From NCBI GenBank assembly GCA_028826165.1, contig JAPDFW010000012.1:1-64000 (forward strand): a stretch of DNA of 64,000 nt, read 5' to 3'. This DNA is from Anaeramoeba ignava BMAN (lineage: Eukaryota > Protista > Anaeramoebae). The number at the start of each line of letters is the position of its first letter. The stretch's first letter is position 1. The position numbers were made by a program, and so were the translations under genes. The notes under the pieces are model-generated. The model made no database searches. It was not told the origin of the DNA and saw nothing but the letters and a program-made list of their open reading frames with translations. Shown here one piece after another: positions 39,575-49,913 of the stretch.

Positions 39575-39955
39575 CTAATTTGATAAACTATCATCAGCAA
39601 GTGCTCCTGAATCTGTTTCTGATTCTTTTTTTGGATCAGTTTTTTTAAAAATTATAACTTTTTGTTGAGGTTTTTTTCTTAAAAAAGGAGGAGGATATTT
39701 TGGTTTTAATTTTTCAGGAAAAAATTCAAATTCATTTCCAGATTCACTTTCAGTTACTTTTTCATCTTGTTTTGGTAAAGAAGAATCAGAACTAAATTGT
39801 TGTTGTTTTTTAAAAGAAAATTCATTTAAAAATTGATTTTTTTGAATTTTAATTTTCTTTTGATTTTCATTTTCAGAAATATTTTCACTTAAACTAATAT
39901 CAGCTTCAATTTGTTCATTTGAAGAATCATTTAAATTTAAATTATCTGAATTCAT
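39575..39955 (-). CDS. Small hypothetical low-complexity protein (126 aa)
   Basis: Open frame with A/T-ending codons, AAAA-ATG context and upstream TTTCATTTT motif as seen for neighbouring genes; no recognisable domain. Confidence 0.55.
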   Translation of the reverse strand: MNSDNLNLNDSSNEQIEADISLSENISENENQKKIKIQKNQFLNEFSFKKQQQFSSDSSLPKQDEKVTESESGNEFEFFPEKLKPKYPPPFLRKKPQQKVIIFKKTDPKKESETDSGALADDSLSN

Positions 39956-40131
39956 TTTTATTATTTAAAAAAAAAAGAAAAGAAAAAAATGAAAAAAAAT
40001 TTTAAATTTTTTAATTTTTTTATTTTATTTTTCATTAAACAAAAAAAATTATTAAAAAAAAATTTAAAAAGAAATTTTCTTCTTTTTAATTTTTGTTAAT
40101 TTTTTGTTAATTTTTGTTAATTTTTTTAATT

Positions 40132-40443
40132 TTAAACTCCATAACCATAAACTGTTTTTCTTTGTCTTCTTAATGCATAAACAATATCAATTGTTGTAAC
40201 TGTTTTTCTTTTTGAATGTTCTGTATAAGTAACTGCATCTCTAACAACTGATTCAAGAAATGATTTTAATATTTTTCTTGTATCATCATAAACTTGACTT
40301 GAAATTCTTTTAACTCCTGCTCTTCTTGCAAGTCTTCTAATTGCTGGTCTTGAAACTCCTTTTGCAATTTCTTTCATTGATTCTTTTCTTTTTTTTCCTC
40401 CTTTTCCCATTCCTTTTCCTCTTCCTTTTCCTTTTCCTGACAT
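40132..40443 (-). CDS. H4: Histone H4, highly divergent variant
   Basis: [45 protein letters not shown]; 103 aa. Confidence 0.95.
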   Translation of the reverse strand: MSGKGKGRGKGMGKGGKKRKESMKEIAKGVSRPAIRRLARRAGVKRISSQVYDDTRKILKSFLESVVRDAVTYTEHSKRKTVTTIDIVYALRRQRKTVYGYGV

Positions 40444-40542
40444 TTTTTAAATTAATAATAATAATAAAAATATTTAAAATAAAAATAAAAAATGAAAAAA
40501 AAAATTAAAAAAAAATATTCTTTTTATAATTTTTTTTAATCA

Positions 40543-40605
40543 AATATTATCCAATAATTTTTTATTTTTTATTCTTTATAAATTCAAAATTTATTGGATA
40601 ATATT
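40543..40605. promoter_or_regulatory. Perfect 15-bp inverted repeat carrying two CCAAT boxes, 100-160 bp upstream of H4
   Basis: AATATTATCCAATAA (40543-40557) and TTATTGGATAATATT (40591-40605), 33-nt spacer. Confidence 0.6.
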
Positions 40606-40639
40606 GTTTCTATTTTTTTAAAAGAATATTTTATTAATT

Positions 40640-43600
40640 TTATATAAATAATTTTAATTATTTTAATAAATAATTTTACATAAATTTAATTTAAAAATAT
40701 AATTTAAAAATAAAATATAAATTAATATATAAATCAAAAACTATTTAAAATAATCAATATAAATTAAATAAAAAGTGAATATTTTTAATTTAAAAATATA
40801 AATAATTTTAATTAATTTAATAAATAATTTTACATAAATTTAATTTAAAAATATAATTTAAAAATAAAATATAAATTAATATAAATCAAAACTATTTAAA
40901 ATAAAATATAAATTAAATTTTAATTTTTAATTTAAAAATATAAATAATTTTAATTATTTTAATAAATAATTTTACATTAATTTAATTTAAAAATATAATT
41001 TAAAAACAAAATATAAATTAATATATAAATCAAAACTATTTAAAATAAAAGATATAAATTAAATAAAAAGTAAATAATTTTTAATTTAAAAATATAAATG
41101 ATTTTAATTATTTTAATAAATAATTTTACATTAATTTAATTTAAAAACATAATTTAAAAACAAAATATAAATTAATATATAAATCAAAACTATTTAAAAT
41201 AATCAATATAAATTAAATAAAAAGTAAATAATTTTTAATTTAAAAATATAAATAATTTTAATTATTTTAATAAATAATTTTACATTAATTTAATTTAAAA
41301 ATATAATTTAAAAACAAAATATAAATTAATATATAAATCAAAACTATTTAAAATAATCAATATAAATTAAATAAAAAGTAAATAATTTTTAATTTAAAAA
41401 TATAAATAATTTTAATAATTTTAGTAAATAATTTTACATTAATTTAATTTAAAAATATAATTTAAAAACAAAATATAAATTAATATATAAATCAAAACTA
41501 TTTAAAATAATCAATATAAATTAAATAAAAATATGAATATTTTTAACTTTAAAAATATAAATAATTTTAATTAATTTAATAAATAATTTTACATAAATTT
41601 AATTTAAAAATATAATTTAAAAACAAAATATAAATTAATATATAAATCAAAACTATTTAAAATAATCAATATAAATTAAATAAAAAGTGAATATTTTTAA
41701 TTTAAAAATATAAATAAATTTAATTATTTTTAATAAATAATTTTACATAATTTAATTTAAAAAATATAATTTAAAAACAAAATATAAATTAATATATAAA
41801 TCAAAAACTATTTAAAATAATCAATATAATTTAAATAAAAAAGTAAATATTTTTAATTTAAAAATATAAATAATTTTAATTATTTTAATAAATAATTTTA
41901 CATAAATTTAATTTAAAAATATAATTTAAAAACAAAAATATAAATTAATATATAAATCAAAACTATTTAAAATAATCAATATAAATTAAATAAAAAGTGA
42001 ATATTTTTAATTTAAAAATATAAATAAATTTAATTATTTTAATAAATAATTTTACATAAATTTAATTTAAAAATATAATTTAAAAACAAAAATATAAATT
42101 AATATATAAATCAAAAACTATTTAAAATAAAAGATATAAATTAAATAAAAAGTAAATAATTTTTAATTTAAAAATATAAATGATTTTAATTATTTTAATA
42201 AATAATTTTTACATTAATTTAATTTAAAAACATAATTTAAAAACAAAATATAAATTAATATATAAATCAAAACTATTTAAAATAATCAATATAAATTAAA
42301 TAAAAAGTAAATAATTTTTAATTTAAAAATATAAATAATTTTAATTATTTTTAATAAATAATTTTTACATTAATTTAATTTAAAAATATAATTTAAAAAC
42401 AAAATATAAATTAATATATAAATCAAAACTATTTAAAATAATCAATATAAATTAAATAAAAAGTAAATAATTTTTTAATTTAAAAATATAAATAATTTTA
42501 ATAATTTTAGTAAATAATTTTACATAAATTTAATTTAAAAATATAGTTTAAAAACAAAAATATAAATTAATATATAAATCAAAACTAATTAAAATAAAAG
42601 ATATAAATTAAATAAAAAGTGAATATTTTTAATTTAAAAAATATAAATAATTTTAATTATTTTAATAAATAATTTTACATAAATTTAATTTAAAAATATA
42701 ATTTTAAAACAAAAATATAAATTAATATATAAATCAAAAACTATTTAAAATAATTAATATAAATTAAATAAAAAGTGAATATTTTTAATTTAAAAAATAT
42801 AAATAATTTTAATTATTTTAATAAATAATTTTACATAAATTTAATTTAAAAATATAATTTAAAAATAAAATATAAATTAATATATAAATCAAAACTATTT
42901 TAAAATAATCGATATAAATTAAATAAAAAGTAAATATTTTTAATTTAAAAATATAAATAATTTTAATTAATTTAATAAATAATTTTACATTAATTTAATT
43001 TAAAAATATAATTTAAAAACAAAATATAAATTAATATATAAATCAAAACTATTTAAAATAAAAGATATAAATTAAATAAAAATGAATATTTTTAATTTAA
43101 AAATATAAATAATTTTAATTATTTTTAATAAATAATTTTACATTAATTTAATTTAAAAATATAATTTAAAAATAAAATATAAATTAATATATAAATCAAA
43201 ACTATTTAAAATAAAGATATAAATTAAATAAAAATGAATATTTTTTTAATTTAAAAATATAAATAAATTTAATTATTTTAATAAATAATTTTACATAAAT
43301 TTAATTTAAAAATATAATTTAAAAACAAAATATAAATTAATATATAAATCAAAACTAATTAAAACAATTAATATAAATTAAATAAAAAGTAAATAATTTT
43401 TAATTTAAAAATATAAATAAATTTAATTATTTTAATAAATAATTTTACATAAATTTAATTTAAAAATATAATTTAAAAATAAAATATAAATTAATATATA
43501 AATCAAAACTATTTAAAATAAAAGATATAAATTAAATAAAAAAGTAAATATTTTTTAATTTAAAAATATAAATAAATTTAATAATTTTAATAAATAATTT

Positions 43601-43805
43601 TACATAAATTTAATTTAAAAATATAATTTAAAAATAAAATATAAATTAATATATAAATCAAAACTATTTAAAATAAAGATATAAATTAAATAAAAAAGTG
43701 AATAATTTTTAATTTAAAAATATAAATAATTTTAATTATTTTAATAAATAATTTTACATAAATTTAATTTAAAAATATAATTTAAAAACAAAATATAAAT
43801 TAAAT
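40640..43805. repeat. Tandem array of about 21 copies of a ~154 bp AT-rich unit
   Basis: Anchor TTTTACA ends at 40680, 40834, 40976, 41130, 41284, 41438, 41593 ... 43758. Confidence 0.95.
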
Positions 43806-43842
43806 TTGGATTTTCTAAAGTTTTTATTGATTTAATTTTCTT

Positions 43843-46180
43843 TTATTTTCTTTTATTTTCTTTTAAATCCTTTTTACTCCTTTTAATTAAAGAGTTTTGA
43901 GATTGATTCTTTTTCATCATTTCCATTTTTTCTTTTCTCTTTTTTTCTCTTCTTCTTTTAGATTTTTGAATTTGTTTAATTGCTTTGTTTTTCTTTCTTT
44001 CTCTTTTATTAGATAAAATTTCAATAGCTTTTTTATTTTCAATTGAAAATTCAACAATTGGTATTTTATTAGATCCAAATATTTGATGATTATTATTCAA
44101 AAATCTTAAAGTTTTTAGAGCATTTTCATGTTTAAAAAATGAAACAAATCCAAATCCACGTGATTTTTGGCGTTCTTTATCTCTTAAAATTTTAATTGAT
44201 TGAATAATTTTATTTTGATTTTGATTTTGATTTTGATTTGATTTTTGATTTGATTTTTGATTTTGATTTTGATTTGATTTTTGATTTGATTTTTGATTTG
44301 ATTTTTGATTTGATTTTTGATTTGATTTTTGATTTGATTTTTGATTTGATTTTTCTGAATTATCATTTTCAAAATATAATTCAATTATTTGTCTTAGTTT
44401 ACTTTCATCAACATTTGAAGGAATATTACGAATCATTAAACGAGTTTTTGAAACAAAATAATCTTCATTTTGAAGTTTTTTCTTCTTTTCCATTGTTGCT
44501 TTATCTCTTTTTTCTTGATCTATTTGACTTAAAGAATTATATGCTTCACTTCCTTTAGGAATATCACCTTCAAGAGCTAAATATAAATTTCTTCCATCAT
44601 CCTTTAATTCATTTTCTTTTTTCTTTTCTTCAAGTTGTTTTTTTGTTATTGCTTGATTAACAATTACTGGTCTATCAAGAACAGTAAATTTTTGGTTTAT
44701 CATTGAATTTGTTATTTTTGATACTTTTTCCTTCCATTTTTTGGATTTTTTCTTTTTGGTTGAACTTGTTTCATTTTCTTTTTCTTTTTCTTTTTCATTT
44801 TCATTTTCTTCTTTTTGAGTTATTTGTAAAACTGAATCAGAATCTTTTTTATTAAAATATTTAATAAAAGCTGTTCCTTTTGATAAACCAGTTCTATTAT
44901 CCATAACAATATAAACAGATTCAATTTCTCCGTATTGAGAAAATGAATCTTCTATGTCTTCTTCTGTTGCTTGATATGGAATATTTCTAACAAATATTGT
45001 TCTTGATAATTCTTCTTCTTTTTTATTTTGATTTTGATTTTCATTTTCATTTTGATTTTTATTTTCATTTTCATTTTCATTTTGATTTTGATTTTCATTT
45101 TCATTTTGATTTTCAATTTGATTTTCATTTTCATTTTCATTTTCATTTTCATTTTCATTTTCATTTTCATTTTCATTTTCATTTTCATTTTCATTTTCAA
45201 TTTCAATTTCATTTTCATTTTCATTTTGATCTTCAATTTGATCTTGATTTTCTTGATTTTCTTGATTTTTAAAATCTTCTTTTGGTAAAGCTTTGTCAAT
45301 TGCAATTGTTCTTCTTCCAATTTTACTAAAATTTAACTTCGAAATTGCTTCATTTGCTTCTGATTCTTTTGAATACTTAATAAAAACAACTCCTTTTAAT
45401 TTTTTAGGAAAATGAATTTCAATAATTTCTCCAAATTGTTTAAAAATTGTTTTGATCCTCTTTTCTTTAATACTAAAAGGAAGATTTCTGACAACAATTC
45501 TTGCAAAATTTGGATCTTTGATTTTATCAGTTGATTCTTCTTGTTCTTTAATATTTTGAATTGTTTTATTGTTTTTAAATGGTTGATTTTCTTGAAGAAC
45601 ATTTTCTAAAACTTTCAAACTTTGATTTTTTTCTTTTGCCAATGATTCTTGATTAATTTCTTCATGAAAATCTTCATCTTCTTCATAATCTTCTTCATAA
45701 TCTTCATCATTTTCTTTGAATTTTTGATTGATTTTATTTTTATTATTTTTATTATTTTTATTTTTATTTTCTTTTTCAATTTGTTGTTTTTTTGGTGAAA
45801 TTTTCTTTTTTTCTTTTTTTGATGGATTTTTATCTGCTTTTTCAATTTTAATTTGTCTTCCTTGAAACTTTGAATTATGAAGAATTTGAATAGCTGATTC
45901 AACTTCATTTTTATTTGTACTTAAAATTAGAAAAAAAAAATTTTTTTTAAAATTAAAAATTAAAAATTAAAAATTGAAATTAAAAAAATTTTTTTTAAAT
46001 TTAAAATAAATACAATTTAACAAATCCAAATCCTCGACTATTTCCTTGTTTATCAGTTGCTATTGCTGCATCTCTTACAGTTCCAATATCTGAAAAATAT
46101 TCTAAAATATCATTTTTTGTTGATTTTAATGGTAAATTTCTAATAAAAAGTGTATTTGAATCTATTCTAAATTGAGACAT
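43843..46180 (-). CDS. RBM28: RBM28/Nop4 four-RRM 60S biogenesis factor; 2 exons
   Basis: RRM1 TLFIRNLP...SRGFGFVKF across intron 45920-46013; RRM2 RIVVRNLPF; RRM3 TIFVRNIPY...SKGTAFIKY; family motif RNLYLALEG; RRM4 SKTRLMIRNIP...KSRGFGFVSF...PIVEFSIEN. Confidence 0.93.
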
Positions 46181-46214
46181 TTTTTTTTTTGAAAATGAAA
46201 AAAATGAAAATGAA

Positions 46215-47235
46215 AAAAATTAAAATTCATTTATAAAATTAATATTAAAATTCATTTATAAAATTAAAATTAAAATCGGATAAAAATAAAAATTAAAATT
46301 AAAATTAAAATAAAAATTAAAATTAATTTATAAAATTAATATTAAAATCAAAATTAAAATTAAAATTAAAATTAAAATTAATTTATAAAATTCATTTATA
46401 AAATTAAAATTAAAATTAAAATTAAAATTAAAATTAAAATTAAAATTAAAATTAAAATTCATTTATAAAATTAAAATTAAAATTCAAAATTCAAAATTAA
46501 AATTAATATTAAAATCGGATAAAAATTAAAATTCAAAATTAAAATTAAAATTAAAATTAAAATTAAAATTAAAATTAAAATTAAAATTCATTTATAAAAT
46601 TAAAATCGGATAAAAATTAAAATTAAAATTCATTTATAAAATTAAAATAAAAATTAAAATTAAAATTAAAATCGGATAAAAATTAAAATTAAAATTAAAA
46701 TTAAAATTAAAATTAAAATTAAAATTAAAATTAAAATTAAAATTAAAATTAAAATTAAAATTAAAAATTAAAATTAAAATTCATTTATAAAATTAAAATT
46801 AAAATTAAAATTAATATTAAAATTAATTTATAAAATTAAAATTCATTTATAAAATTAAAATTCATTTATAAAATCAAAATTCATTTATAAAATTAAAATC
46901 GGATAAAAATTAAAATTAAAATTAATTTATGAAATTAAAATTAAAATAAAAATTAAAATTAAAATTCAAAATTAAAATTAAAATTAAAATTAAAATTCAA
47001 ATCGGATAAAAATTAAAATTAAAATTAAAATTAATTTATAAAATTAAAATCGGATAAAAATTAAAATTAAAATTAAAATTAAAATTAAAATTAAAATTCA
47101 TTTATAAAATTAAAATTAAATTAAAATTAAAATTAAAATTAATTTATAAAATTAAAATTAAAATTGTAAATTTGAAAATGTTTATTCCTTTGAAAAAAAT
47201 CGGATAAAATTGAAAAAAAATCGGATAAAATGGAA
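46215..47235. repeat. (TTAAAA)n satellite punctuated by TTCATTTATAAA and about 9 copies of AATCGGATAAAA
   Basis: Directly visible between the RBM28 start and the hydrolase stop. Confidence 0.9.
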
Positions 47236-47248
47236 AAAAGAAAGAAAA

Positions 47249-48079
47249 TCACTTTAAAGCTTGTGTAAATTTTGTCACAAGCTCATTAAATCTGTCAGGT
47301 TCTTCAGCAAAACAAGAATGACCACAACCCTCAAAAACAACCAACTCAGCATTAGGGACAACTTGTTTAGCCCATTCAGCCATTGACATACTAATCCACT
47401 TATCCTTATCGCCCTGAATAATAACAACAGGAACTTTCAACTTTTTCATATCGTCTTCATAATTCTCATCTCTAGCAACCAAATGGGGAACAATAAAGCA
47501 ACCCATAGAAGAACATAGAAGCCTAGCATAAAACTCTTTTGAAACCTCTTTTTCGAAGCAGTCGTTACAACCGACAATAACGGATTCAGTCAAAGTAGCA
47601 AAATCTGGTTGTTGACCCAAAGATAAAAATTTCATTGTGTTTCCAAGTGCTGGTCCGGCATATTTTTCCATCCCTTTTCCAGTTGTAAAAGCAGCACTTA
47701 AATAGATAATTCCGCCAAGTGAACCATCTCCATAATGCCGAATATAGTCATTGATAACTAGTCCCCCATAAGACCATCCGATCACAACGGGTTTTTCTAA
47801 TTTTAATGTTTCAATAACGCTTTTGAGATCGTTCGCCCATGTTTTTGAATCTGTGTAGTGCTCTTTTTCCATCGGTTTATCTGATGATCCATGTCCTCTT
47901 AGATCAACAAAAATTAACCGAAAATTTTTTGTTAATGAGTTTTCTTTTGAATATTGTTCCCAAAAACTTAAATGACTTGAAGACATTCCATGAAGAAAAA
48001 TAATTGGTCTTCCTTCTTTATTTCCTGTTTGAAAAACTGCAAGTGAAAGGTTTTCGTTTTTAATTAAAAATTTTTCCAT
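47249..48079 (-). CDS. Alpha/beta-fold hydrolase (non-heme haloperoxidase/arylesterase-like), intronless
   Basis: FLHG oxyanion motif, DLRGHGSSDKP, nucleophile elbow GWSYGG, acid IIQGDKD, catalytic His GCGHSCFAEEPDRFN. Confidence 0.93.
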   Translation of the reverse strand: MEKFLIKNENLSLAVFQTGNKEGRPIIFLHGMSSSHLSFWEQYSKENSLTKNFRLIFVDLRGHGSSDKPMEKEHYTDSKTWANDLKSVIETLKLEKPVVIGWSYGGLVINDYIRHYGDGSLGGIIYLSAAFTTGKGMEKYAGPALGNTMKFLSLGQQPDFATLTESVIVGCNDCFEKEVSKEFYARLLCSSMGCFIVPHLVARDENYEDDMKKLKVPVVIIQGDKDKWISMSMAEWAKQVVPNAELVVFEGCGHSCFAEEPDRFNELVTKFTQALK

Positions 48080-48227
48080 TTCTTTTAATTTAATTTAAAA
48101 GAAGAAAAATGAAAAACAAATTTTGGAAAATTTTTTTTTAAAAGCAAAAAAAAAAGCAAAAACAATATTTTCTCCTTTTTTTTCTCATTTTTTTTTGAAT
48201 TGAATTTTTTGGATTGAATTTTTTGGA

Positions 48228-49729
48228 TCATTTCTTTTTTGAATTGCTTCTGCTTTTACTTTTACTTTTGTTCTTGTTTTTGTTTTTGTGTTTGTGTTTG
48301 TGTTTGTGTTTGTGTTTATGTTTGTCTTTTTTCAGATTTTGATTATTTTCATCACTTTCACTTTCACTTGATTCATTGACTTGAGTAGTCGAAGAAAAAG
48401 GCATGAATTTTCCGGTCTCATAAGTTGATAAATTTGGATACATTGTTAGAGTTTCTAAATATTCTTGATTTTGAGGAGAATTGGGAAAAATTTGAACAGG
48501 AGATTGACTTGGATTTTGCAGAAGAAGAGAGATATTAATTTCTTGCATCTTCTTTTTATCTTTTTTATCTTTTTTATTCTTTTCATCTTTTTTATTCTTT
48601 TCATCTTTTTTATTCTTTTCATCTTTTTTATTCTTTTCATCTTTTTATTCTTTTCATATTTTGGATCTTTTTCTTCGTAAATTAACTCTTCAATTTCTCC
48701 AAAAATCTCAATTCTTTCAACAACAATATTTTCATCCAATTTCTTTTTCCAAATTTTTGCATTTTCAGGAAAAATTTCATCAATAAAAGTTGATTTGGAT
48801 GTTGTTTTTGGTTTTTCAAATTGGAAATCAATTTGTTGGAAAGTGATAATAGATTCATCAGCAGAAATAAGGAAACAAAAACTGGATTGATTTAAAGGAA
48901 TCAACTGACTGTTTCTGAAAGAAGTTGTTTCAGAAAATCCTTTTTCGGAAAAACCTCCAAATATATTATCTTTTGATTTTGCAAGAACTAACATATTTTG
49001 AGCTGAGAAGCAGGTTTTTTCTAATTGTTTCCTTTTATAACCAGGTTTTTCTATTCTAAAGGCATAACGCATTTTATCATAAATTTGTGGATCATTGATT
49101 TGATTTCTTATTCGCAAAACAGTCTGTTTTTTTTTGATGATTTGAGTAAAACAAAACTCTGAATTTTGAACAAATTTCAAGTCAGATTCAATTCCTTTGA
49201 GTGCATCATCTTTTTGGATTTGGAAATTCTTTAAAGGATAAATCACTTCAGGTTTTGTTGAAAGAGTTTGTTTTCGATCTGAATTGATAAAATCACACAA
49301 ATAAAGAATTGGCAAGTTTTTCGTTTGTTTTGCCAATTCATAAACTTCAAATGGGTCCAATTTATGGATTGAATAAACCAAATGTTTTTCTGCTGATTTT
49401 CTAAGTGATTCAATTTGAAATTTAATTGAGAATTTCCAAATATCAAGACAATCTTTAGGTTCTATTTCTATTTCAGATGTGTAAATGTAACGGATGATTT
49501 TCTCCATGATTTTGGGTTTGATTTCGGGAAGAATAATATCTCTACTTGAATCCACTTTGAAAAAGTGAAAGAAAAATTTACTTCTTGAAGAAAGAATGCA
49601 TTTGTGACAAGGAAATGGTTTTGATTTCTTTCCACATTTAATTGTAATATCAGAAAAATCCTTTATGTTTGAATAAAGAGTTTTGAGATCTAATAAAAGA
49701 GCTGATTCAGATTCAGAAATATCAGTCAT
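48228..49729 (-). CDS. BTB/POZ plus degenerate TLDc protein; one frameshift in the KDEKNK repeat near 48645
   Basis: FSDITIKCG..FPCHKCILSSRSKFF..MEKIIRYIYT (BTB); LVLAKSKDNIFGGFS..VERIEIF (TLDc). Restoring one A in a homopolymer joins the two track ORFs. Confidence 0.8.
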
Positions 49730-49913
49730 AGAAAGAATAGAAAAAAAAAATTTCAAAAAAGGAAAAAATTTTAGAAAGAAAAAAATGAAAACAATATTTT
49801 TCCGATTTCAAAATTTAAATCAAAATAAAAATTTAAATAAAAATTTAATAAGAAATTTAATAAAAATTTAATAAAAATTTAATTTATTGTATAAAATAAA
49901 AAATAGTAAAATC

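Noticed and set aside
45920-45930. Branch point fused to the 3' splice site (CTAATTTTAAG) as a Trichomonas/Giardia-like conserved intron motif
   Set aside because: Seen in only one intron; the other acceptors share no such motif
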